Assembly: GCA_016213015.1 (NCBI GenBank)
Contig: JACRCE010000057.1
Span: forward strand, 1-58,927
From: Deltaproteobacteria bacterium
GTDB taxonomy: Bacteria; Desulfobacterota; GWC2-55-46
Direction of reading: 5' to 3'
Length of the DNA stretch: 58,927 nucleotides
Of the stretch, positions 36,655 through 44,977 are shown one piece after another. Position numbers and translations under genes: made by a program. The notes below the pieces were generated by a model. That model was not told where the DNA came from. It was given only the letters and a program-made list of their open reading frames with translations, and did no database searches. The first letter of the stretch is position 1. Each line of letters begins with the position of its first letter.

Positions 36655-36690
36655 GAAGGTTAGAGACGGTTGAGAAACGGTTGAAGAAGG
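36655..36690. repeat. Heptad-unit array (GGTTGAN) between cheA and cheB
   Basis: 'GAAGGTTAGAGACGGTTGAGAAACGGTTGAAGAAGG'. Confidence 0.55.
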
Positions 36691-36698
36691 AAGATTAA

Positions 36699-37745
36699 GT
36701 GCCCAAATTAAAAGTGCTCATCGTTGACGACTCAGCGTTCATGCGCAGGGTCTTAAAGCAGATGTTGGAGACGGACCCGTATATAGAGGTGGCAGGCTCT
36801 GCCCGTGATGGCGCCGAAGGCGTGGAGATGTGCGCTTCTCTTTCTCCTGACGTGGTAACGATGGACGTCGAGATGCCCAAGATGGACGGGCTTGAGGCGA
36901 CCCGTCTGATAATGGAGAGGTTTCCGACGCCGATATTGATCGTCAGTTCCCTTACTCTGGAAGGCGCGCAGGCGACGTTCGACGCCCTTGACAGGGGAGC
37001 CGTGGACTATATCTCAAAAAACCTCGTCTCGTCGGCGGTGGACGTCTTGAAGATTCAGGACGAACTCATCGCCAAGGTAAAGGCGGTCGGGCACAGGGGA
37101 AAGACCGGGCGTTGGCTAAGGGCATTCAGAAAACCGGACGCGCCCGTAATCGTCAACAAACGTTACGGCACGCAAAAGATCGGCTTTGTGGCGATAGGCG
37201 CTTCAACGGGCGGGCCAAGAGCCATTCAGGAGGTGCTCTCCCACCTGCCTGCCGACCTCGATACGCCTTTCTTGATCGCTGTGCACATGCCAAAGGCGTT
37301 TACCGGTTCATTCGCGGAACGCCTCGACACGCTATGTAAACTCCCGGTCAAGGAGGCCGAGCACGGCGAGATTATAAGGACGAGGCAGGTGCTTTTAAGT
37401 CCCGGAGGGTCGCAAACAAGGATTAAAAGAAAAGGCGGCACGAATTTTTGCGTTGACATATCCGACGACCCGCATGATGCGCTGTACAGACCCTCCGTTG
37501 ACATCTCCATGAGTTCGATAGCCGATTGTTATCCGGGACGCTCGCTCGGCGTGATATTGACCGGCATGGGACATGACGGAGTCGAAGGCATGAAGGCCAT
37601 CAAGGAGCGCGGAGGCAAGACCATAGCGCAGGACGCCGAGACAAGCACGATATTCGGAATGCCAAAGGCGGTAATAGACGCGGGTATGGCGGATAAGGTG
37701 CTCGCCCTCGACAAGATTGCCGCTGAGATTGTCAACATGATATGA
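36699..37745 (+). CDS. cheB: Chemotaxis methylesterase/response regulator CheB
   Basis: GTG start. 'VLIVDDS...VVTMDVEMPKMDG', 'VAIGASTGG', 'TGMGHDG'. Confidence 0.9.
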   Translation: MPKLKVLIVDDSAFMRRVLKQMLETDPYIEVAGSARDGAEGVEMCASLSPDVVTMDVEMPKMDGLEATRLIMERFPTPILIVSSLTLEGAQATFDALDRGAVDYISKNLVSSAVDVLKIQDELIAKVKAVGHRGKTGRWLRAFRKPDAPVIVNKRYGTQKIGFVAIGASTGGPRAIQEVLSHLPADLDTPFLIAVHMPKAFTGSFAERLDTLCKLPVKEAEHGEIIRTRQVLLSPGGSQTRIKRKGGTNFCVDISDDPHDALYRPSVDISMSSIADCYPGRSLGVILTGMGHDGVEGMKAIKERGGKTIAQDAETSTIFGMPKAVIDAGMADKVLALDKIAAEIVNMI

Positions 37746-37803
37746 ATGTGCTATGCTTACAGTGAATGCACTCTTTTTTGTGCATGACAGAATCGTTGTA
37801 AAT

Positions 37804-37866
37804 ACCGTGTCAATGACCGTTGGCCGTTAAAAATTTTTTCACGGCTCACGGTCACGGTTCACGGCC
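37804..37866. repeat. Heptad-unit palindrome (CACGGT variant) between cheB and cheW
   Basis: 'ACCGTGTCAATGACCGTTGGCCGTTaaaaattttttCACGGCTCACGGTCACGGTTCACGGCC'. Confidence 0.7.
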
Positions 37867-37885
37867 TTTTAGAGAGGAGGCTGAT

Positions 37886-38359
37886 ATGGAGGCTGCAAAG
37901 GAAAAAGAGGTCTTGCAACTCGTTACATTCAGGCTTGGACAGGAGGAGTTTTCTCTCGACATATTGAAGGTTCAGGAGATAATACGCCACATGGAGCTTA
38001 CGCGCGTTCCGAGGACGCCGGATTTCGTGGAGGGCGTAATAAACCTGAGGGGCAGGGTGATACCGGTGCTTGACCTTAGAAAAAGGTTCGGACTGCCGGG
38101 CGCCGAGGATACGAGCGCCACGCGGATAATCGTGGTCGAGGTCTCCGGCGTTACCGTGGGACTCAAGGTTGACGGCGTGTCCGAGGTCTTACGCATCAAC
38201 GCCGACACGGTCGAGCCGCCGCCCGCGCTGGTTACGAACATCGAGTCCGACTACATAAAAGGCGTCGGGAAACTCGACAACCGGCTGCTTATACTGCTTG
38301 ATGTTTCCAAGATACTAAGCAGATCCGAAAAGGACGCGCTCGGCAAGGTGGTTGTTTAA
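37886..38359 (+). CDS. cheW: Chemotaxis coupling protein CheW
   Basis: ATG 37886 follows GAGAGGAGG. 'LVTFRLGQEEFSLDILKVQEI...VPRTPDFVEGVINLRGRVIPVLD'. Confidence 0.9.
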   Translation: MEAAKEKEVLQLVTFRLGQEEFSLDILKVQEIIRHMELTRVPRTPDFVEGVINLRGRVIPVLDLRKRFGLPGAEDTSATRIIVVEVSGVTVGLKVDGVSEVLRINADTVEPPPALVTNIESDYIKGVGKLDNRLLILLDVSKILSRSEKDALGKVVV

Positions 38360-38362
38360 TAG

Positions 38363-38560
38363 GTTGTTGAAAAAGCAAATATTGACAAAGGCTGTTCAAA
38401 AAGCCGCAGATGCGAGGCGGCAAGGAGCGACGAATGAGCCCAGCACCACTTTGTTGCACGAGGGAATTTGTCAAGCAACATGCTTTCGTAATCCAAAGTG
38501 GTGCTGGGCGCAGTTCTGAGCGACGAGACAACAAAGCAGATGCGGCTTTTTCAACAGCCG
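38363..38560 (+). repeat. MITE-like element, family A, copy 4 (between cheW and mcp), centre replaced by a family-B hairpin
   Basis: Family A arms flank nt 38438-38509. Confidence 0.8.
38438..38509. repeat. Hairpin element, family B, copy 2 (inside family A copy 4)
   Basis: 16-bp stem GCCCAGCACCACTTTG / CAAAGTGGTGCTGGGC with a 40-nt loop related to the copy 1 loop. Confidence 0.8.
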
Positions 38561-38582
38561 TCTAAGGAACCAAGGAGGTTTT

Positions 38583-40664
38583 ATGAGCATACAATCGGTC
38601 AAGGCAAGGCTGTTGGGGAGCTATCTTTTCCTCATACTTCTTTTTATCATCCAGATACCCATAGTCTATCTTCTCGTTGTGCAGATGAGCAAGAAATACG
38701 CGCAGATAGTCGAGGTGGCCGCGTTAAGAAAACGCTCGATCGAGATAAACTATGTCCTGAACCGGCATATCATGAACAGGGAGGACGCGCTTGAAGAGGT
38801 CTTTCAAACGAAGATGGCCGAGTTCGATCAGACGCTTGTCAGGTTGAAGACCGGCTGGGGAGAGGTGCCGCCGATAACCGGCGAAGCCTCTCTCGACAAG
38901 TATAACGGCGTCATGCAGAAGTGGACGCCCATGCGCTCGACGCTCAATGCCGCGATGGACGCTGGCGATAAGCTGAGGGAGAGCATGAACGAACTGGATG
39001 CCGGCGCGTTCCCGTTCATCGGCAAGTTGAACGAGATAGTCGCGGGTTTCAGCGTTCTCAAGGACGGCGGGAACGGGAAAAGGGTGGATGTAGCCGGCGC
39101 TCAGAGGATGAAGACCATGAAGCTTGCGTACCTTCTGGAGCGATATGCGCGGTCCAACGATAAGCTCGATGAAATCGGCGCGCAGATAGACGATACCATG
39201 AAGGACCTTGAAATCAACTACGCGGCGCTTAAAAACGGTTCCGTTGCGCTCAAAATTTCGCCGCTCAAGGATAGGGCACTACTCAACAAATTCGTCGAAG
39301 CCGAGGCCGTATATGCCAAGAGAAAGGCGCTCATCCTTTCCACGATGGAATATAAGAGCGATTTCAGCAAGTTCACCAACGAGCTTTCAAACGTGCATAC
39401 CCCGCAGATGATAGCCGCGACAGAGGCGCTTACCGCCGAAATAGTCGCAGGGGCCGTCAACTCGGCCATGAAGGGCGTACTGTTCATGGCGCTTGTGCTT
39501 GTCGTCTCGGCCGGATGCGCCGCGTTTTTCATCTGGATGACCAATCATCAGGTGTTGACGCCCATCCTCACGATAAAGGAGACGGTGGACGGTTTTGCGA
39601 GCGGCGATCTGTCGCTTAGGTCGGGTGTGAAGGTAACGCTCCTCGGCAAGGAGTTGAATGACGAGATAACCGGATTGAGCAACAGCGTTGACTCGATGGC
39701 GATACGGATGTCCTCCGTCATAGGCAGGATAACCGATTCGTCGAGCCAGCTTGCCTCGGCCGCCGAGGAACTCGCCGCGTCATCCACGCAGATAGCCTCC
39801 GGGGCCGATAAACAGTCGGGGCAGACCGTGCAGGTCGCCTCTGCCATGGAGGAGATGAACGCCACGGTCGTCGAGGTAGCCAAGAATTCGCAGCAGGTTT
39901 CAGACGCGGCCAAGAGCGCACAAGACATCGCCCTTAAAGGCGGCACGGTAGTCAATCAGGCTGTCAGCGCGATGCAGGAGGTCTCCGTTTCAACCAATAT
40001 GACGGCGGACACCATAAGGAAGCTCGGCAAAGGCTCGGAGGAGATAGGCAGTATCGTGTCGGTCATCAACGACATCGCGGACCAGACGAACCTTCTCGCT
40101 CTCAACGCGGCCATAGAGGCCGCAAGGGCCGGGGAGCAGGGCAGGGGTTTTGCGGTAGTCGCGGACGAGGTGAGAAAACTCGCGGAGAGGACCACAAAGG
40201 CCACAAAAGAGATAAGCGAGATGATAAAGGCCATACAGTCCGAAACGACCAAGGCCGTTACAGCGATGGGCGAGGGGGCCTCAAAGGTCGAAAACGGCGT
40301 GAGGCTGGCCAATGAGGCGGGCGATTCGTTGAAGAGCATAGTCAAGAGCGTCGAGTACGTGAGCGGCATGATAACGCATATCGCCACGAGCGCCGAGGAG
40401 CAAAGCTCCACGACCGACGAGATAACGCAGAACATGGACTCTATCGCCGAGGTCGCAAAGGGCAACGTGGCCGCGATAGCCGAGGTGTCCCGCGCAACCA
40501 CGGACATGGCGCGTCTGGCCTCCGAACTAAAGGAGCTTGTTACGGGCTTCAAGACGCGCGGGCAAGGCGTCGTGGTGCCTATTCGCGATAAGCCGCGGGA
40601 CGCGGGTAACGCAATGGCCGGATCGGGCCTGAGCGCGGCCTCGCTTTTGACGAGAAAAGGCTGA
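38583..40664 (+). CDS. mcp: Methyl-accepting chemotaxis protein (large periplasmic helical sensor, HAMP)
   Basis: '[36 protein letters not shown]'. AAGGAGG RBS. Confidence 0.9.
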   Translation: MSIQSVKARLLGSYLFLILLFIIQIPIVYLLVVQMSKKYAQIVEVAALRKRSIEINYVLNRHIMNREDALEEVFQTKMAEFDQTLVRLKTGWGEVPPITGEASLDKYNGVMQKWTPMRSTLNAAMDAGDKLRESMNELDAGAFPFIGKLNEIVAGFSVLKDGGNGKRVDVAGAQRMKTMKLAYLLERYARSNDKLDEIGAQIDDTMKDLEINYAALKNGSVALKISPLKDRALLNKFVEAEAVYAKRKALILSTMEYKSDFSKFTNELSNVHTPQMIAATEALTAEIVAGAVNSAMKGVLFMALVLVVSAGCAAFFIWMTNHQVLTPILTIKETVDGFASGDLSLRSGVKVTLLGKELNDEITGLSNSVDSMAIRMSSVIGRITDSSSQLASAAEELAASSTQIASGADKQSGQTVQVASAMEEMNATVVEVAKNSQQVSDAAKSAQDIALKGGTVVNQAVSAMQEVSVSTNMTADTIRKLGKGSEEIGSIVSVINDIADQTNLLALNAAIEAARAGEQGRGFAVVADEVRKLAERTTKATKEISEMIKAIQSETTKAVTAMGEGASKVENGVRLANEAGDSLKSIVKSVEYVSGMITHIATSAEEQSSTTDEITQNMDSIAEVAKGNVAAIAEVSRATTDMARLASELKELVTGFKTRGQGVVVPIRDKPRDAGNAMAGSGLSAASLLTRKG

Positions 40665-40669
40665 TAGGA

Positions 40670-40765
40670 ATGTTAAAGGCGGTTGAGGTAAGAAGGTTGA
40701 GAAGAAGGTTCAAGGTTAACCCTGAACTTTTTTCAACCCTGAACCATCGTTAACCATCTTAACCT
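40670..40765. repeat. Heptad-unit palindromic array between mcp and the FlgM-like gene
   Basis: 'GGCGGTTGAGGTAAGAAGGTTGAGAAGAAGGTTCAAGGTTAACCCTGAAC...CAACCCTGAACCATCGTTAACCATCTTAACC'. Confidence 0.7.
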
Positions 40766-40792
40766 TAAAGTTTCCGGCGCGATTGCCGATAA
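40766..40792 (+). promoter_or_regulatory. Sigma-28 (FliA) promoter upstream of the FlgM-like gene
   Basis: TAAAGTTT-N11-GCCGATAA, an exact match to the enterobacterial consensus. Confidence 0.75.
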
Positions 40793-40849
40793 AAAGATAT
40801 GGGAAGCGTCAACTGGATTGCGTACAGCCTGGTGATAAAGAAAGACACG

Positions 40850-41110
40850 ATGAAAAACGACGTAATCATAATAAACGCGCAACCGGCTGCGGTTAAGAGA
40901 AAGGCCGGGAATGACCAACGTACGAGCGCCGTCGGATACGCGGCGATGGACGCCCCGATAGATACATTCGAGGGCAGGGAGCGCGACAAGTTCTTGTTCG
41001 GTCTCAAGACGAATATCGCCTGCGGCGCTTACGCGATAAAACCGGAGCTTATCGCCGAAAGGCTGATAGAGGCGTCATTAGCATGCGTTTTGCGCCGAAG
41101 AACGCTTTGA
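40850..41110 (+). CDS. flgM: FlgM-like anti-sigma-28 factor (tentative)
   Basis: Size is 86 aa. C-terminal 'LKTNIACGAYAIKPELIAERLIE' resembles the FlgM sigma-28-binding helices. A consensus sigma-28 promoter lies directly upstream. The alternative start at 40799 would be near-leaderless. Confidence 0.5.
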   Translation: MKNDVIIINAQPAAVKRKAGNDQRTSAVGYAAMDAPIDTFEGRERDKFLFGLKTNIACGAYAIKPELIAERLIEASLACVLRRRTL

Positions 41111-41144
41111 ATTTAGATTCGATTTGGCGGACATTTACCCGACT

Positions 41145-42731
41145 ATGACTATCCAGACGAGGATAATGCTTGTAGACGACGACGATGCGGTGCGCGAAGT
41201 CATCAGCGAGATGCTGTCGAGGAAAGGTTGGCTGGTAACTGAGTTCAGCGACGCCGAGCAGGCGCTTTGCGAGCTTGGCTCCAACAGATACTCTCTGATC
41301 CTCGCCGATATAAACATGCCGGGACTAAACGGCATGGAATTTCTCGAGAGGGCCAAGGAACTTGCCTGCGGCGTTCCGGTCGTTATGATAACCGGGTATC
41401 CGTCCATAGACCTCGCCGTCGAGGCCATGAAGGTAGGGGCCGTTGATTTTCTCTCCAAGCCCTTCAAGGCCGAAGAGCTTGAGATAACGGTAAGGAAGGC
41501 CATTGACGGGGCAAGGGTTTTCAACTCCAATCAGGCGGCTGACGGAACGGACGCCGCTTTGTCCGTACGCGCGTTGCCTGACGTGGCCAAACACAGGCTT
41601 GAGGACAAGATAAAGGAATTATCCATACTGCATACGATAAGCGAAACTCTCGACGAGGTGACTGAGCGCGACGAAATCTATAGAAAGACCATGGACCTGG
41701 GGCTGATCATCGCCGACGCGACCAGCTCATTCATCATGGCTGTCGAGCATGGCGGCGCCGAGTTTTCCATGCGCGCAAGCACCGGATTCGGGGCGGCCGG
41801 CCCTGTAACCGGAATCAGGGTCATGGCGGATGAGGAGCCGTTCAGAAGCGTCATAAAAAACAGGTGCTACTCTTATCTGTTGCCGGACGAGGATACTCAC
41901 GCTCGTTTTTGCGCGGATGTTTACGGAGGCCCCCGTCGAAGGCCGCTCCTTCTCGTGCCGATGATGATAAACAAGGAGGTGGTTTCGCTCCTCGGCCTCA
42001 ACTGCAGGGAGAGCGTGCTGGAACTCAAAAGCGACTCCGTTGCGCTTTTGTCCAATCTGGCGGCAAAGGCGTCCCTCAAGCTGGAAAATATAACCCTTTC
42101 CGAAAACATCTTTTCAAGCATAGTAGGCGCGATAGATTCGCTCATCAACGCGCTTGACGCGAAAGATACCTACACGAAAGATCATTCAAACAGGGTAACC
42201 CAGTATGCGCTTAAGATAGCCAGAGCGCTCGGATGCAAGAATGAAGTGATCAACAGCATCGGCTTCGCCGGGCCGCTTCACGATATAGGAAAGATAGGCG
42301 TAAGGGACGACATCCTGCTGAAAAAGGGCGGTTTTACGATAAACGAACGCGAACTGATGAGGCTCCACGTCCTGCGCGGCGAGGAGATATTGCGCCCGTT
42401 GAATCTCATGTCAACCGAAAAAGAGGTCGTCCTGTATCATCACGAACGCTGGGACGGCAACGGGTATCCGAACGGCCTGTCGGCGAGGAACATCCCTTTG
42501 GCCGCAAGGGTATTCAGCGTGGCGGACACTTACGACGCCATGACCTCGACACGTCCGTACAGGAGCGCCTTGAGCGCCGAAGTCGCGCGCGATGAAATAT
42601 GGAGATGCAAGGGCACGCAGTTCGATCCTGAGGTGGTAAACGCCTTTATGGAGTGCGGCATCCTTACCCCGGAAGGCGGCAGGCCCATTGATCTGATGAT
42701 CCATCCTGACAGGTTGGCGAGACATCATTGA
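41145..42731 (+). CDS. Response regulator with GAF-like and HD-GYP domains (RpfG-like)
   Basis: 'IMLVDDDD...LILADINMPGLNG', 'HSNRVTQYAL', 'PLHDIGKIGV', 'HHERWDGNGYP'. Confidence 0.85.
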   Translation: MTIQTRIMLVDDDDAVREVISEMLSRKGWLVTEFSDAEQALCELGSNRYSLILADINMPGLNGMEFLERAKELACGVPVVMITGYPSIDLAVEAMKVGAVDFLSKPFKAEELEITVRKAIDGARVFNSNQAADGTDAALSVRALPDVAKHRLEDKIKELSILHTISETLDEVTERDEIYRKTMDLGLIIADATSSFIMAVEHGGAEFSMRASTGFGAAGPVTGIRVMADEEPFRSVIKNRCYSYLLPDEDTHARFCADVYGGPRRRPLLLVPMMINKEVVSLLGLNCRESVLELKSDSVALLSNLAAKASLKLENITLSENIFSSIVGAIDSLINALDAKDTYTKDHSNRVTQYALKIARALGCKNEVINSIGFAGPLHDIGKIGVRDDILLKKGGFTINERELMRLHVLRGEEILRPLNLMSTEKEVVLYHHERWDGNGYPNGLSARNIPLAARVFSVADTYDAMTSTRPYRSALSAEVARDEIWRCKGTQFDPEVVNAFMECGILTPEGGRPIDLMIHPDRLARHH

Positions 42732-42733
42732 AG

Positions 42734-42806
42734 ATGGTTGAAAAACGGTTTAGGGCTATCCTTTAACCGCCTTTCAACCTTGAACCGTCTCTCAACCCTG
42801 AACCCT
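42734..42806. repeat. Heptad-unit palindromic array upstream of tilS
   Basis: 'GGTTGAAAAACGGTTTAGGG...TTTAACCGCCTTTCAACCTTGAACCGTCTCTCAACCCTGAACC'. Confidence 0.7.
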
Positions 42807-42852
42807 CTCTTGTTAATCCCGCCTCAAAGTAATATAATGCCCGTCAAACCTA

Positions 42853-44253
42853 ATGAAAAGAGAGAAGCTCGTCCTAAAAGTCCGTCGTGCGATCGAGAAC
42901 AACGCCATGCTCAAGGCGGGCGAGGTAATCGTTTGTGCCGTTTCAGGCGGCATTGATTCCGTTGTCATGCTGTATGTCCTTGCGTCCTTGAAGGATGAGT
43001 ATTCCCTTAAGCTCGTGGTCGCTCACCTGAACCATAACCTGAGAGGGGCCGAGTCTCAGCGCGAGATGGCCTTTACAAAGGCGCTTGCAAAACGGTTCGG
43101 AGCGCGTTTCCATGCAAAGACTCTTAAGGAAGGCGCGCTGGGCAGCGCATCCGTTCAGGAGGCGGCAAGGCTTGAGCGAAGGAGGTTTCTTGAGCAAACG
43201 GCCATGAAGTTCAAGGCGGCCGGCGTGGCAACCGGGCATAACCTCGACGATCAGGCCGAGACAATGCTGATGAGGCTTATAAAGGGGGCCTCTCTTTCCG
43301 GGCTTGCCGGTATCCGATTGAAAAGGGGCATGTTCATCAGACCGCTCCTCGACGTGTCAAGGGCTGAGATTGAAAGCTACGCAAAGGCCAATGGCATCGA
43401 GTATGTCGTTGATTCGTCGAATATGACCGACAAATACCTGCGTAACGACGTTAGGCATCATCTGATGTGTTACATTAGAAGGCGATACAACCCGAATATC
43501 GCCGAGACCATCGCAAGGACGGCAAGCCTTCTGAGGGCGGATGAGGAGTATATCGGCAGGGAGGCTCAAAAGGCATTTCAAGACGCCTTGATAACGACCG
43601 ACTCTAAAACGATAACGCTCGATGTTGACAAACTTGTTGGACTGCACAGCGCGATAGTTTCAAGGGTGTATCTTTCCGCGGTCCATTTTTTGATAGGTGA
43701 TTCAAAGAGTTATAGCCATTATGTAAAGCAGTTTATTGATTTGATAAAATCCTCAGGGCCCAATGCCGTCTTACGTCAGCCGGGTGTATGGTCAGAAAGA
43801 AATTATACGCGGGTTACGATTACGAGCAAGGCGCCGTTGAGGTCTGAGTTTCGTCGGATAGAACTTGCAGTGCCGGGACTTACTGTCTTTAAGGGAGCGG
43901 GCATCGGCATCAAGGCCGAGATAGTCGCGGTCGGGCGCGTTCCAGAGCGTTTTTTGCCGGACGAGGCAACGGCGTACTTCGATTACGATATGATGCCGAG
44001 GTGTAATCTTGTGGCAAGGCCCATGCTTGCAGGCGACCGGATAGTTCCATTCGGTTTGGCCGGAACCAAGAAGGTCAAAGATTTGTACATTGACAAGAAG
44101 GTCCCTGCTTTCCAACGGCGCGTCATTCCTCTTATCCTAAGCGGAGAGGATATCTTATGGATACCCGGCGTGAAAAGGTCTGATCTGTACAGACTCTCAG
44201 GGACAACGAAGCGCGTGTTGAAGCTGGTTAAGACCGTGAACCGTGACCGTTGA
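42853..44253 (+). CDS. tilS: tRNA(Ile)-lysidine synthetase TilS
   Basis: PP-loop 'CAVSGGIDS', 'ATGHNLDDQAET', and C-terminal 'LYIDKKVP...RVIPLI'. Confidence 0.9.
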   Translation: MKREKLVLKVRRAIENNAMLKAGEVIVCAVSGGIDSVVMLYVLASLKDEYSLKLVVAHLNHNLRGAESQREMAFTKALAKRFGARFHAKTLKEGALGSASVQEAARLERRRFLEQTAMKFKAAGVATGHNLDDQAETMLMRLIKGASLSGLAGIRLKRGMFIRPLLDVSRAEIESYAKANGIEYVVDSSNMTDKYLRNDVRHHLMCYIRRRYNPNIAETIARTASLLRADEEYIGREAQKAFQDALITTDSKTITLDVDKLVGLHSAIVSRVYLSAVHFLIGDSKSYSHYVKQFIDLIKSSGPNAVLRQPGVWSERNYTRVTITSKAPLRSEFRRIELAVPGLTVFKGAGIGIKAEIVAVGRVPERFLPDEATAYFDYDMMPRCNLVARPMLAGDRIVPFGLAGTKKVKDLYIDKKVPAFQRRVIPLILSGEDILWIPGVKRSDLYRLSGTTKRVLKLVKTVNRDR

Positions 44254-44349
44254 CCGTGTAAAGGCCGTGAACCGCGACCGTGAACCGTGTAAAAAAGAAA
44301 TCTTTTACGGTCACGGACAACGGTCACGATAGTTTCACGATTCACGGAC
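44232..44349. repeat. Largest ACCGTGA-unit palindromic array; it covers the tilS stop
   Basis: 'ACCGTGAACCGTGACCGTTGACCGTG..GCCGTGAACCGCGACCGTGAACCGTG' then 'TTACGGTCACGGACAACGGTCACG..TTTCACGATTCACGG'. Confidence 0.8.
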
Positions 44350-44441
44350 ATGATCGCGGTCTTTGGAGCTTTTTTCTTGCGGGATTGGATGCGCTTTTGA
44401 TAAGATAATATAATTTACCAATAGTCTGCGGGGTGAGCGCG

Positions 44442-44945
44442 ATGTTGATCTCTTATAAGGGCATAATGCCCAAGGTGCATGAAACCGTATATATCGAAGA
44501 GAGCGCCAAGGTCATAGGCGACGTCGAGATAGGGGAGTTGTCCAGCATCTGGTTCAACGCGGTTGTCAGGGGCGACGTCAACTACATACGCATCGGCAGA
44601 CGCACGAACGTGCAGGACAACTGCACCTTGCACGTTACAAAGGACACCTGCCCGCTCATCATAGGCGATGAGATAACCATCGGGCACAACGTAACCCTGC
44701 ACGGCTGCGTGGTCAGGGACAGATGCCTTATCGGCATGGGCGCAATCGTGCTCGACAACGCGGACATAGGCTCTGACTCGATAATCGGCGCTGGAAGCGT
44801 GGTTACCGAGGGCGCGAAGATACCGCCGGAGAGCCTTGTCATGGGCATACCCGGGAAAGTGGTGCGCCGACTGAAGCCGGATGAGATCGCGCGCATCAAA
44901 AAGTCGGCGGCCAATTATATCGAGTATGTGAAGGATTATCGGTAA
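44442..44945 (+). CDS. Gamma-carbonic-anhydrase-like hexapeptide-repeat protein
   Basis: 'VIGDVEIGE.SSIWFNAVVRGDVN.IRIG..TNVQDN..LH'. Alternative GTG start at 44433. Confidence 0.8.
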   Translation: MLISYKGIMPKVHETVYIEESAKVIGDVEIGELSSIWFNAVVRGDVNYIRIGRRTNVQDNCTLHVTKDTCPLIIGDEITIGHNVTLHGCVVRDRCLIGMGAIVLDNADIGSDSIIGAGSVVTEGAKIPPESLVMGIPGKVVRRLKPDEIARIKKSAANYIEYVKDYR

Positions 44946-44977
44946 TTATCCGTAAATTCTTTTGAGCACGGTGAATC

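Noticed and set aside
37799-37830. TAAA ... GCCGTTAA upstream of cheW, resembling a sigma-28 promoter.
   Set aside because: The spacer is 20 nt instead of 15, and the -10 lies inside a heptad repeat array, so the resemblance is probably fortuitous.
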